Source: an uncultured Bacilli bacterium
GTDB lineage: Bacteria; Bacillota_I; Bacilli_A; RF39; UBA660
Assembly: GCA_947629325.1 (NCBI GenBank)
Contig: CANRDE010000003.1
Location: forward strand, 1 to 61,836
DNA: 61,836 nt
Reading direction: 5' to 3'
In this document: in pieces, positions 35,425 to 45,080 of the stretch
Numbering within the stretch: the first letter of the stretch is position 1
Layout of the letters: the number at the start of each line of letters is the position of its first letter
The notes under the pieces: model-generated
Seen by the model: only the letters and a program-made list of their open reading frames with translations
Databases searched by the model: none
Told to the model about the DNA's origin: nothing
Position numbers and translations under genes: made by a program

Positions 35425-37731
35425 ATGGATTACACACTACTAGTTTTAGTACTTAAGGATTTAATAATTTTGCCTTTCCAAGAGATTAAGCTGGAACTTA
35501 AAGACGAAATTAGCAAAAAGATAGTAAAAGTTAGTAGTAAGAAATTCAATGATCGCCTTTTAATTGTATCTCCTCAAAATGGCCAAGAAAAAGAACCATC
35601 TATTGATGACTTGCCTAATGTAGGAGTAGTTGCTTATATCAAAAATAAATTAGAACTTTCTAATGGTAATTTAAGAATAACTATTAAAGGAGAAAAAAGA
35701 ATTCGGGTACTTCAATATGAACCTTTTAGCTCCGATGTTATTGATGCTATTATTACCGACATTATTTTACCCAAATTTGAGGAAAATGGAGAAAGAGTTA
35801 TTAGAAACAAATTAATTGCTACTCTTAATGAATATATTGAGGTTACTCCTAATGTTTCTAATAGCATCTTGAAAGTAATTGATGAAAATAAGGAATTAGA
35901 TTTTTTAACTGATGTAATTACAACATTTTTGCCTCTTAACCATTCGCAAAAATTAGAATATATGAAAGAATTAAACAGCGAAAAGAGAGCTCTATTATTA
36001 ATAAAAGATATAAAATTGGAAATTCGATATAATAAATTAGAAGAGAAAATAGATAATAACGTGCAAATCAGATTATCCAAAGAACAAGAAGAATATTTTT
36101 TAAAAGAGAAAATTAAAGAAATAGAAGCTAATTTAGGAATAAAAGAAGATAATGATCAAGAGTTAAAAGAATACTATCATAAATTAGAAAAATTATCTTT
36201 AAATTCTAAAACTACGCAAAAACTAAAAGAAGAAATCAAAAAGTTGGAAAAAATATCATCTAATTCTCCTGAAAATTCCGTTATTAGAAGTTATTTAAAT
36301 TGGGTTTTAAATTTGCCTTGGCATAACGAAACGAAAGAGAATTTAAATGTCAAAAGTGTTTTAAATAGCTTAAATAAAAGCCATTATGGTTTAGAAGAAG
36401 TAAAAAAGAGAATTGAAGATTATGTAAATATTAAAAATATTAATCCCGAAATATCTAGTCCCATTATATGTTTAATTGGGCCCCCTGGGGTAGGAAAGAC
36501 CACAATTACTTCAAGTATTGCTGCGGCTTTAAATAGAGAATTTTATAAAATTAGTGTTGGTGGCCTTAATGATTCTACTGAATTAATTGGCTCAAGAAGA
36601 ACTTATTTAGGTGCTCTTCCTGGTAAAATAATTCAAGGTTTAAGAAAGTGCAATACCAATAATCCGGTTATTTTAATAGATGAAGTTGATAAAATGGTAA
36701 AGGACTATAAGGGCGATCCAGCTAGTACTTTATTAGACATTTTGGATAGTACCCAAAATAAAGCTTTTGTCGATAATTATATTGAAGAGCCCTTTGATTT
36801 AAGCAATGTTTTCTTTATTTTAACCGCTAATAGTAAAGATAATATTCCTTTAACTTTATATGATAGATTAGAAATAATTGAATTATCTAGTTATACGGTT
36901 TTTGAAAAAGTAGATATTGTTAAAAAATATATATTACCTAAAATATATGAGGAATTTAAAATTACGAAAAAATTAGTTATGAAAGATGAAACTTTAATAT
37001 ATTTAATTAATAATTATACTAAAGAAGCCGGAGTTCGTGGTTTAACAAGAGTTTTGAAAACTTTAGTAACTAAAGTTATTACTAGTAAACCTGATAGTTA
37101 TACTATTAATAATTTGGATATTGCTAAGTATTTAAAAGATTATAATAGTATTGATGATAATAAAGAAATAAGGGAACCGGGAATTGTAAATGGGTTAGCT
37201 TATTCTAATGCCGGAGGAACGATTTTAAGAATTGAATGTTCCATTTATAATGGGGAAGAAAAAACTATTGTTACAGGTTCTTTAGGGGAGGTTTTGAAAG
37301 AAAGTATTGCGGTAGCATCTTCTTATATAAAAGAAAAAAACTATGTTAGTAATACTGAATTTTATAATCATACCATTCATCTTCATTTGTTAGATACAGC
37401 TACTAAAAAAGAGGGACCTTCGTGTGGCGTTGCCATAACAACCGCTTTGCTGTCTAAATTATTAGAAGTAAAAATGAGTAAAGAAGTAGCTTTTACAGGA
37501 GAGATTAGCCTAAAAGGAAATATTCTAAAAGTGGGAGGGTTAAAAGAAAAATTAATCGCTGCTTATAATGCTGGTATTAAAAAAGTTTATATTCCAGAAG
37601 ATAATGGCATTGATTTAGCAGAAGTTCCTAAGCAAATTTTAGATAATGTAGAAATAAAGTTGGTAAATAATTATGCCACCATCTATAATGATTTTTTTCA
37701 AACGAGTGAAATAGAAAATAATATATCGTGA
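35425..37731 (+). CDS. lon: ATP-dependent Lon protease (LonA type)
   Basis: LON N-domain, Walker A GPPGVGKTT, Walker B ILIDEVDK, and a protease domain with EGPSCGVAITTALLS and GGLKEK. SD GGAGGTG lies before ATG 35425 (the ORF opens at 35356). Confidence 0.93.
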   Translation: MDYTLLVLVLKDLIILPFQEIKLELKDEISKKIVKVSSKKFNDRLLIVSPQNGQEKEPSIDDLPNVGVVAYIKNKLELSNGNLRITIKGEKRIRVLQYEPFSSDVIDAIITDIILPKFEENGERVIRNKLIATLNEYIEVTPNVSNSILKVIDENKELDFLTDVITTFLPLNHSQKLEYMKELNSEKRALLLIKDIKLEIRYNKLEEKIDNNVQIRLSKEQEEYFLKEKIKEIEANLGIKEDNDQELKEYYHKLEKLSLNSKTTQKLKEEIKKLEKISSNSPENSVIRSYLNWVLNLPWHNETKENLNVKSVLNSLNKSHYGLEEVKKRIEDYVNIKNINPEISSPIICLIGPPGVGKTTITSSIAAALNREFYKISVGGLNDSTELIGSRRTYLGALPGKIIQGLRKCNTNNPVILIDEVDKMVKDYKGDPASTLLDILDSTQNKAFVDNYIEEPFDLSNVFFILTANSKDNIPLTLYDRLEIIELSSYTVFEKVDIVKKYILPKIYEEFKITKKLVMKDETLIYLINNYTKEAGVRGLTRVLKTLVTKVITSKPDSYTINNLDIAKYLKDYNSIDDNKEIREPGIVNGLAYSNAGGTILRIECSIYNGEEKTIVTGSLGEVLKESIAVASSYIKEKNYVSNTEFYNHTIHLHLLDTATKKEGPSCGVAITTALLSKLLEVKMSKEVAFTGEISLKGNILKVGGLKEKLIAAYNAGIKKVYIPEDNGIDLAEVPKQILDNVEIKLVNNYATIYNDFFQTSEIENNIS

Positions 37732-37777
37732 GTATATTATTTTTTTTATAACATATTATTTTTTAGGAGATGATAAT

Positions 37778-38590
37778 ATGTTTATTAAAATACCATTTGA
37801 AAGCGAAATAGAATTTAAAACTAATATTTTTGAAATCACCAAAATGTCATTAGAACATGATTTTAATGTAAATGATGGGGCAGTTTTAGGTAACTTTTAT
37901 ATCAGTGGTGAATATCGAACTCATGAAGTAAGCATTAATAAAGAGCCCTTTAAATACACTTTACCATTTACTGTAGAATTAAGAGATGACATTGTTAAAG
38001 ACACTTTGGAATTCAATATAGAGGATTTTTCTTATGATATAGTGGATAATAATAAATTGAAAGTAAATATTGAATATTCTTTAACTGCGGAAGTTAATTG
38101 TGAGGAAGAGCTTTTTGAAAGAGTTAAAGATGAAGATTTAGAAGATGAATTATCCCTAATTGATGATTTTTTAGAGAAGGAGAATGATTTAAATGATGAA
38201 GAAAATGTTCAAATGGTGGAAGAGAAAGAAGAAGGTGTGGAAGAAAAGCCACAAGAGAAAATAAAAGTAAGAGAAAAAGAGGAAGTTATAGATAACCCAA
38301 TTTCGAAATCAACAGAAATGGTAGCGAAAGAAGAACCAACTTTAATGGAGGGAAATAAAGAAGATAAAGAAAAAAGAATTACAAAAGAGGAAGAAAAAAC
38401 GATTATGGAAACAATTAAATCGAGTGATGATACATTTGTAACTTATCATATTCATATTGCTAAGGAAAGCGAATCTTTAGAAACTATCAGTAGTATTTAT
38501 AACGTCCCTAGTAGTATTATTCAAGAATATAATAATATCGATAATTTAAGCGCTGGTGATAAAGTTTTAATTCCAAAATGCGATGAATAA
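37778..38590 (+). CDS. spoVID: SpoVID-like spore-coat morphogenetic protein (N-terminal SPOCS-like domain, acidic middle, C-terminal LysM)
   Basis: C-terminal LysM YHIHIAKESESLETISSIYNVPSSIIQEYNNIDNLSAGDKVLIP. Glu-rich centre. It is followed by a ysxE-like gene as in B. subtilis. Confidence 0.62.
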   Translation: MFIKIPFESEIEFKTNIFEITKMSLEHDFNVNDGAVLGNFYISGEYRTHEVSINKEPFKYTLPFTVELRDDIVKDTLEFNIEDFSYDIVDNNKLKVNIEYSLTAEVNCEEELFERVKDEDLEDELSLIDDFLEKENDLNDEENVQMVEEKEEGVEEKPQEKIKVREKEEVIDNPISKSTEMVAKEEPTLMEGNKEDKEKRITKEEEKTIMETIKSSDDTFVTYHIHIAKESESLETISSIYNVPSSIIQEYNNIDNLSAGDKVLIPKCDE

Positions 38591-39479
38591 ACTAGATTCT
38601 CTTAAATCCTTATATAAACCATATCGTTTTACAATAAGAGGAAAATGCACGATTTTGGAGACAACGAGTGGCAATTTTGTTGTTAAAAAAAAGCCCCCAA
38701 ATAAAGATTTAATTAGTATTTTTAATTATTTAAAATCTCGAGATTTCTCATATTTTCCGGAATTATTTATAGATAGTAGAGATGATGCTTATGTTTATGA
38801 ATATATTGAAGATAAAGAAGTTATTAATCCTAGTAAAAGCGAAGATTTAATTACTTTAGTGGCGCTTTTACATTCTAAGACTTCTTTTAATAAAGAAGTA
38901 TCCGAAGAAACATATAAAGAAATATATGAAGATATTAAAAATAATATTTATTATTTAAGAGATTACTATTTGAAGTATTATGATTTATTTTTAAAAGAAA
39001 TTTACATGTCACCTAGTGGATACGAATTTGTCCGTAATTATTCTAAAATTACTGCAGCTTTAGCATTTACGGAAAGAGAATTAGATGAATGGTATAGTTT
39101 AGTCAAAGAAAAAAAGAGCGAAAGAATTTCGCTTATACATAATAATTTAAGTCTTGATCACTATTTAAGGGGAGATAAAGATTATCTAATCAGTTGGGAT
39201 AAAGCCAAATTTGATACGCCGGTATTAGATTTAGTTAAATTGTATCAAAATAATTTTTGGGATTTGGAATTTACTACTATTTATAATAAATATTTGGCTA
39301 TTACTAGTTTATCTGCTCAAGAGCAAAAACTTTTTTTCATATTAATATCTTTAGTACCAGAAATTAGTTTTGAAGGCCCTGAATTTGATGTTTGCAAAAA
39401 TATGAGGCAAAAGTTAGACTATATTTTTAAAACTGAAGCTTTCTTAAAACCATACTATGCGACTGATACAGATAATTAA
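38583..39479 (+). CDS. ysxE: CotS/YsxE-family spore-coat kinase-like protein
   Basis: APH/CotS-type catalytic region LIHNNLSLDHYLRGDKDYLISWDKAKFDTPVLDLVKL. Overlaps the spoVID-like stop by 8 nt. Confidence 0.7.
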   Translation: MNKLDSLKSLYKPYRFTIRGKCTILETTSGNFVVKKKPPNKDLISIFNYLKSRDFSYFPELFIDSRDDAYVYEYIEDKEVINPSKSEDLITLVALLHSKTSFNKEVSEETYKEIYEDIKNNIYYLRDYYLKYYDLFLKEIYMSPSGYEFVRNYSKITAALAFTERELDEWYSLVKEKKSERISLIHNNLSLDHYLRGDKDYLISWDKAKFDTPVLDLVKLYQNNFWDLEFTTIYNKYLAITSLSAQEQKLFFILISLVPEISFEGPEFDVCKNMRQKLDYIFKTEAFLKPYYATDTDN

Positions 39480-39617
39480 TAAAATAATTTCAATGGTTAA
39501 AATAAAAATATTATAACGAAAGGGCAAAATAAAAGTAATAATTAATTGATAAAAAATAAGAATACATAAGCCAACTGCACAAAGCACGAAAAAAGTAGGA
39601 TTGTTTTTATGGGGCAT
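39444..39617 (-). CDS. unannotated 57-aa two-TM hydrophobic protein (MPHKNNPTFFVLCAVGLCILIFYQLIITFILPFRYNIFILTIEIILLIICISRIVWF)
   Basis: Hand translation, codon by codon. SD AGGTGA lies 7 nt before the ATG (plus-strand cat at 39615-39617). Candidate promoter AGAACA-17-TATAAT on the minus strand. Its 3' end overlaps the ysxE 3' end by 36 nt. Confidence 0.4.
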   Translation of the reverse strand: MPHKNNPTFFVLCAVGLCILIFYQLIITFILPFRYNIFILTIEIILLIICISRIVWF

Positions 39618-39670
39618 AAATAAATCACCTATAATATTATATTGATAGTAACATAAAATGTTCTTTTACC

Positions 39671-39698
39671 AGGAGACTTTTCAAGTCTCTTTTTCCTT
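39671..39698 (+). terminator. plus-strand intrinsic terminator about 190 nt downstream of ysxE
   Basis: 9-bp stem AGGAGACTT (39671-39679) / AAGTCTCTT (39683-39691) followed by a T-run. It has no T-run on the minus strand. Confidence 0.5.
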
Positions 39699-39717
39699 AA
39701 AAATATTTTTAAAAAAA

Positions 39718-39745
39718 TTAGCACTCATAACTTGACAAGTGCTAA
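39718..39745. promoter_or_regulatory. CIRCE operator 1 (HrcA binding site), atypical 10-nt spacer
   Basis: TTAGCACTC (39718-39726), N10, AAGTGCTAA (39737-39745), compared with consensus TTAGCACTC-N9-GAGTGCTAA. It overlaps the -35 hexamer. Confidence 0.72.
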
Positions 39746-39760
39746 GCATAATATTATAAT
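39732..39760 (+). promoter_or_regulatory. consensus sigmaA promoter of the hrcA-grpE-dnaK operon
   Basis: TTGACA (39732-39737), 17-nt spacer, TATAAT (39755-39760). Confidence 0.7.
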
Positions 39761-39764
39761 GGAG

Positions 39765-39791
39765 TTAGCACTCGAGAAGAATGTATGCTAA
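39765..39791. promoter_or_regulatory. CIRCE operator 2
   Basis: TTAGCACTC (39765-39773), N9, GTATGCTAA (39783-39791). The right arm matches 7/9. It sits at about +1 to +25 of the transcript. Confidence 0.75.
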
Positions 39792-39810
39792 AGGCGGTGA
39801 TACTGTGTTA

Positions 39811-40818
39811 ATGGATGAAAGAAAAAAAGAACTTCTAAAAGAAATTGTTGAGAATTATGTTAAGACAGTTAAACCAGTGGGAAGTAAATCACTATGTAAA
39901 AAATTAAAATGTTCAAGTGCCACGATCAGGAATGAAATGGCTATATTAGAAAATATGGGATATATTGAAAAGAATCATATATCAAGTGGCCGAATACCTA
40001 GTGAATTAGGATATCGATATTATGTAGAGAATCTAATGAAACCCAAAGATTTAACGGGAGAAGATATGCTTAAATTACAAACTATCTTTTCCAATAAAGA
40101 ATTGGAAGTTAATGATGCGATTACTAAGTGCATGGAAATTATCAGTGATTTGACCAATTATACATCTGTAGTATTAGGTAAAAGTAGCAGTGATAATTTA
40201 TTAAAGCAAATTAATATTATCTCTCTTGATGTTGATAAAATTATTGCTATTGTTTGCACAGACAAAGGGGTAGTGGAAAATAAACAATTTATCTTACCAG
40301 CCAATACAGATATCGCTGAAATAATCAAAGTTAGTGAAATGGTTAATAAGATGTTAGTAGGAACCCCAATCAATAAAGTGGCCGAAAAACTTGAGTTTGA
40401 AATTAAACCAATTATTGCCAAAAAGGTTAAAGATTATGAAACGGTTTATCATATTTTCTATGATGCCTTTAATGACTTCCTGCTACATAATACTAATCTT
40501 CATGTATCAGGAAGAGTTAACCTTTTAAAAGAGCCGGAATATGACGATACGGAAAATATTAAAAGAATTGCTTCTAAATTAGAAGATGAATCTTTTAAAG
40601 AAATGGTTGATAAAATAGATGAAAATGATGAATTAAAAATATACATTGGTAAAGATTCTCATTTTGATGATAATGTGACGGTTATCAAAAGAAAATATAA
40701 ATCCGGTGGTGAAGAAGGAACAATCGCGATTATCGGCCCTAAGAGGATGGAATATGAAAGAGTTGTTTCACTTTTGAATTACATGGTAGATAAAATAGAG
40801 GGAAAAGATGAAAAATAA
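39811..40818 (+). CDS. hrcA: heat-inducible transcription repressor HrcA
   Basis: ERKKELLKEIVENYVKTVKPVGSKSL...SSATIRNEMAILENMGYIEKNHISSGRIPS. The ORF-track ATG 39781 lies inside CIRCE 2, so GTG 39805 or ATG 39811 behind GGTGA (39796-39800) is more plausible. Confidence 0.92.
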   Translation: MDERKKELLKEIVENYVKTVKPVGSKSLCKKLKCSSATIRNEMAILENMGYIEKNHISSGRIPSELGYRYYVENLMKPKDLTGEDMLKLQTIFSNKELEVNDAITKCMEIISDLTNYTSVVLGKSSSDNLLKQINIISLDVDKIIAIVCTDKGVVENKQFILPANTDIAEIIKVSEMVNKMLVGTPINKVAEKLEFEIKPIIAKKVKDYETVYHIFYDAFNDFLLHNTNLHVSGRVNLLKEPEYDDTENIKRIASKLEDESFKEMVDKIDENDELKIYIGKDSHFDDNVTVIKRKYKSGGEEGTIAIIGPKRMEYERVVSLLNYMVDKIEGKDEK

Positions 40819-41359
40819 CGAAGAAATTAAAAAAGATAATATAAATACGAAAAATAAAATAAAAGAAGAAAAAAATATTAAAAAAGAAAAAGAAAAGCAA
40901 AAGGAAATAGAAATTGAAAAAATAAAAGCCGAATATCAAGAATTAAACGATAAGTTTTTAAGGGTTACGGCCGAAATGCAGAACATGCGAAGAAGATATG
41001 AAGAAGAAATTGCTAAAATTTATCGATATGAAGGGGAATCGCTAATTAAAAAGATATTAACTATATTAGATAATTTTGAAAGAGCAATTTCCATGAAAAG
41101 TGAAGATGATCAAGATAAAATAGCCAAATTTTTAGAAGGATTTGTTCTAATTTATAATGATTTAAAGAAAAATTTAGAAGATATAGGGGTTAAAGAAATT
41201 GAGTGCTTAAATAAGCCTTTTGATCCCGAAAGTATGGAAGCTGTTTTGACAGAACATATTGAGGGTGTTGAAAAAGGATATGTAACATGTATTCTTCAAA
41301 AAGGCTATACATATAACGAAAAAGTTATTAGAACAGCTATGGTTAAGGTTAATGAATAA
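40808..41359 (+). CDS. grpE: nucleotide exchange factor GrpE
   Basis: LRVTAEMQNMRRRYEEE and ...FDPESMEAV...GYTYNEKVIRTAMVKV. Confidence 0.93.
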   Translation: MKNNEEIKKDNINTKNKIKEEKNIKKEKEKQKEIEIEKIKAEYQELNDKFLRVTAEMQNMRRRYEEEIAKIYRYEGESLIKKILTILDNFERAISMKSEDDQDKIAKFLEGFVLIYNDLKKNLEDIGVKEIECLNKPFDPESMEAVLTEHIEGVEKGYVTCILQKGYTYNEKVIRTAMVKVNE

Positions 41360-41397
41360 TATATCTTAAAAATACTCGAATGAAAGGATTGATATAA

Positions 41398-43224
41398 ATG
41401 AGTAAAATTATAGGTATTGACTTAGGTACAACAAATAGTTGTGTCGCAGTCTTAGAAGGTGGAGAGCCAAAAGTTATTCCTAATAGTGAAGGAAACAGAA
41501 CTACTCCATCAGTTGTAGCCTTTAAAGGCGATGATGAATTAGTAGGAGAAACAGCCAAAAGACAAGCAGTAACTAATGTTAAAAATACTATTTCATCAAT
41601 TAAAAGAAAAATGGGAACTGATGAAAAGGTTGAAGCAAATGGAAAAATGTGGACGCCACAAGAAATTAGTGCCAAAATTTTAATGAAATTAAAGAAAGAT
41701 GCCGAAAGTTATTTAGGTGAAAAAGTTACTAAAGCGGTTATTACAGTTCCAGCCTACTTTAACGATGCCCAAAGACAAGCAACAAAAGATGCTGGTAAAA
41801 TTGCTGGTTTAGAGGTAGAAAGAATTATTAATGAACCAACTGCTGCAGCTTTAGCTTATGGTCTTGATAAACAAGATAAGTTAGAAACAATTTTAGTATA
41901 TGATTTAGGAGGAGGAACATTTGACGTTTCTATCCTTGAACTAGGTGATGGAGTATTTGAAGTAAAATCAACTAGTGGTAATAATCATTTAGGCGGCGAT
42001 GATTTCGATAAAAGAATCTCTGATTATTTAGTAGATGAATTTAAAAAAGAGCATGGTATTGATTTAGCAAAAGACAAAATGGCAATGCAAAGAATTAAAG
42101 ATGCATCTGAAAAAGCTAAAAAAGATTTGTCTGGTATGACTAATGCTGCTATCAGCCTTCCATTTATCGCTCAAACTGATGAAGGACCTCAACATTTAGA
42201 AATGAGCTTATCAAAAGCAAAATTTGAAGATTTATGCCGTGATTTATTTGACTCTACTTTAGAGCCAGTTAGAAAAGCTTTAAAAGACGCTAAATTAAAA
42301 TCTTCAGATATTGATAAAGTAATTTTAGTTGGTGGTTCAACTCGTATACCATATATTCAAGAACTTGTTAAAAAAGAATTAGGAAAAGAACCTAATAAAG
42401 GAGTTAATCCTGATGAGGTAGTAGCTATGGGAGCAGCTATCCAAGGAGGAGTTTTAACTGGTGAAGTCGATGATATCGTCTTATTAGATGTAACTCCATT
42501 ATCATTGGGAATTGAAACTTTAGGAAATGTTATGACTGTTTTAATTCCAAGAAATACGACAATTCCAACTAGTAAGAGTCAAGTATTTAGTACTGCTGCT
42601 GATAATCAACCAGCTGTTGACATTCATGTTTTACAAGGAGAAAGACCTATGGCTTCTGACAATAAGACTTTAGGTAATTTCCAACTTACTAATTTACCAC
42701 CAGCTAAAAGAGGAGTTCCTCAAATTGAAGTAACTTTTGATATTGATGCCAATGGTATAGTTAATGTTAAAGCTAAAGATTTAGGAACTGGTAAAGAGCA
42801 ATCTATAACAATTACTTCAAGCACTAATCTTTCTGATGAAGAAATTGAAAAGATGGTTAAAGAAGCAGAGGCTAATAAAGAAGCAGATGAGAAAAAGAAA
42901 GATGAAGCTGAGGTCAGAAATAATGCTGACGCCATGATTTTCCAAACCGAAAAAGCATTAGAAGATTTAGGTGACAAAGTTGATTCTAAAGATAAAGAAA
43001 AAGCGGAAGATTTAGTTAAAGACTTAAAGAAAGAATTAGAAGGTCATGATATTGATAAAATTAAAGAAAAAACGGAAGAACTTTCTAAAACAGCAATGGA
43101 TTTAGCCGCTAAAGTTTATCAAAATGTAAAACCAGAAAATAGCGAAGAAAAAGCAGATTCAACTAATAGTTCAAATACAAATAATGATGATAATGTAGAA
43201 GAAGCAACATTTGAAGAAAAATAA
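41398..43224 (+). CDS. dnaK: molecular chaperone DnaK (Hsp70)
   Basis: [26 protein letters not shown] and [11 protein letters not shown]. Confidence 0.98.
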   Translation: MSKIIGIDLGTTNSCVAVLEGGEPKVIPNSEGNRTTPSVVAFKGDDELVGETAKRQAVTNVKNTISSIKRKMGTDEKVEANGKMWTPQEISAKILMKLKKDAESYLGEKVTKAVITVPAYFNDAQRQATKDAGKIAGLEVERIINEPTAAALAYGLDKQDKLETILVYDLGGGTFDVSILELGDGVFEVKSTSGNNHLGGDDFDKRISDYLVDEFKKEHGIDLAKDKMAMQRIKDASEKAKKDLSGMTNAAISLPFIAQTDEGPQHLEMSLSKAKFEDLCRDLFDSTLEPVRKALKDAKLKSSDIDKVILVGGSTRIPYIQELVKKELGKEPNKGVNPDEVVAMGAAIQGGVLTGEVDDIVLLDVTPLSLGIETLGNVMTVLIPRNTTIPTSKSQVFSTAADNQPAVDIHVLQGERPMASDNKTLGNFQLTNLPPAKRGVPQIEVTFDIDANGIVNVKAKDLGTGKEQSITITSSTNLSDEEIEKMVKEAEANKEADEKKKDEAEVRNNADAMIFQTEKALEDLGDKVDSKDKEKAEDLVKDLKKELEGHDIDKIKEKTEELSKTAMDLAAKVYQNVKPENSEEKADSTNSSNTNNDDNVEEATFEEK

Positions 43225-43237
43225 TATAAAGGGTTTT

Positions 43238-43265
43238 AGGCTCTATTTCTAGAGCCTTACTTTTA
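43238..43265 (+). terminator. weak hairpin / partial terminator after dnaK
   Basis: Stem AGGCTCTA / TAGAGCCT with loop TTTC, then tacTTTT (a short T-run). Confidence 0.4.
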
Positions 43266-43283
43266 GTTAGAGAGAGGATTTAG

Positions 43284-45080
43284 ATGGCAAAAAAACGGAC
43301 TGAATTTAAAGACATATATAAATGGGATATTAAGGCCCTTTATAAAAGTGATGAAGATTGGTTAAAGGAAGTTAAATCTTTAGAAAAAAAATTAAAAAAT
43401 TATGCTAAATATGAGGGCCACATTTTAGATGATGCCACCACTCTTTTAGAAATATTAACATTTGATACCGATATATCTAAAAATATGGAAAAAATTTATA
43501 TTTATGCTCATATAAATAATGATGCTGATACTACCGACATTAAATATCAAGAAATTTTGGGCAAGGCTAAAAATCTTTACACTAAATATTTGGAAGTGTC
43601 TTCCTTTATTGTTCCCGAGTTATTACAAGCAGATTTTTCTGTAGTTCAAAAATATATAGATCAAAATCAAGATTTAAAGCCTTATGAAAGAAGTTTAAAA
43701 CATATTTATCGTTATAAACCTCATATTTTAAACCAAGAGGTAGAAAAAGTTTTGACTAATTTTGCTAAATTAATGGATGCTCCCGAGGAGATAGCAGGGT
43801 CCTTAACTGATAGTGACTTTAAATTTGATAGTATCAAAGTTAATGGTAAAAATGTTGAATTAACCGAAAGTAATTATGCTATTTATATTAGAGATAATGA
43901 TTGCAAAGTAAGAAAGCAAGCTTTTACTTCTTTATTTAAAACATATGAATCTTTTAAAAATACGATTGCTACTATTTTAAGAAATGAAGTAGAGAAAAAT
44001 GTTGTTAATGCTAAAATTAGAGGATATAAAGATAGTTTAAATGCTTCTTTATATGGAAATGAAATAGATGAAAAAGTCTATTATAATCTAATTGACTCTA
44101 TTCATCAAAATTTACCTTCCTTATATCGTTACTGGGATTTGAAGAAAAAGCTATTAGGTTTAGAAGAATTTCATATTTATGATACATATGCGGACACTTT
44201 TAAAGGAGAGGGGCAAAAATATACTTTTGAGCAAGCAAAAGATTTAGTTTTAAAAGCGGTAGAGCCTTTGGGTTCAGAATATCATCAAGATATCATAAAG
44301 GCTTTTGAAGAGGGATGGATAGATTCTTGCAACAATGAAGGAAAAAGAGGAGGAGCTTATTGTACGGCTTGTTATGAAGCTCATCCTTATGTTCTTTTAA
44401 GCTTTGAAGGAATATTAGATGACGTATCTACTCTCGCTCATGAATTGGGCCACGCTATGCATTATTACTACGCGTGTCAAAATCAAACTTATCAAGATTA
44501 TGGATATAGTATTTTTGTTGCTGAAGTAGCCAGTCAAACCAACGAAATATTGTTATGCCGTTATTTATTGGACCATACAAGCGATAAAAATGAAAAGTTA
44601 AAAATAATAGATAATTTATTACAAAAATATAAAGCTTCAATATTTCGCCAAACAATGTTTGCGGAATTTGAATTATTTATTCATAATTATACAGAACAAG
44701 GTGAGGTATTAACTCATCAAAACATGAGCGAAAAATATTATGAATTAAATAAGCTTTATTTTGGCGAAAATGTTGTTATAGATGAACCAATTAAATTTGA
44801 ATGGGAAAGAATACCACATTTTTATATGAATTTTTATGTTTATCAATATGCTACAGGATTTGCTGCTGCTATATCTTTAGCTAATAAAATTTATGAGGGC
44901 GATATAAAAACTCGGGATAAATATTTAAAATTTTTACAATTAGGATGTACTAAAAATCCTCTAGATTCATTAAAAGTGGCGGGAATTGATTTAACTAAAA
45001 CAGAAGTATTTAGGGAAGCCATTCAATTTATGGATCAGTTGATTGAAGAATATAAAGTATTAATGGGATGTGATAAATAA
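43284..45080 (+). CDS. pepF: oligoendopeptidase F (M3B)
   Basis: Zinc motif HELGHAMH, 598 aa, and typical PepF N-terminus [13 protein letters not shown]. Confidence 0.9.
   Translation: MAKKRTEFKDIYKWDIKALYKSDEDWLKEVKSLEKKLKNYAKYEGHILDDATTLLEILTFDTDISKNMEKIYIYAHINNDADTTDIKYQEILGKAKNLYTKYLEVSSFIVPELLQADFSVVQKYIDQNQDLKPYERSLKHIYRYKPHILNQEVEKVLTNFAKLMDAPEEIAGSLTDSDFKFDSIKVNGKNVELTESNYAIYIRDNDCKVRKQAFTSLFKTYESFKNTIATILRNEVEKNVVNAKIRGYKDSLNASLYGNEIDEKVYYNLIDSIHQNLPSLYRYWDLKKKLLGLEEFHIYDTYADTFKGEGQKYTFEQAKDLVLKAVEPLGSEYHQDIIKAFEEGWIDSCNNEGKRGGAYCTACYEAHPYVLLSFEGILDDVSTLAHELGHAMHYYYACQNQTYQDYGYSIFVAEVASQTNEILLCRYLLDHTSDKNEKLKIIDNLLQKYKASIFRQTMFAEFELFIHNYTEQGEVLTHQNMSEKYYELNKLYFGENVVIDEPIKFEWERIPHFYMNFYVYQYATGFAAAISLANKIYEGDIKTRDKYLKFLQLGCTKNPLDSLKVAGIDLTKTEVFREAIQFMDQLIEEYKVLMGCDK

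Noticed and set aside
41349-41675. 108-aa minus-strand ORF overlapping the dnaK start, and the 109-aa ORF 45307-45636 antisense to the dnaJ G/F region.
   Set aside because: These are mirror-frame artefacts of highly conserved genes (Gly/Pro-rich antisense translation) with no ribosome-binding sites.
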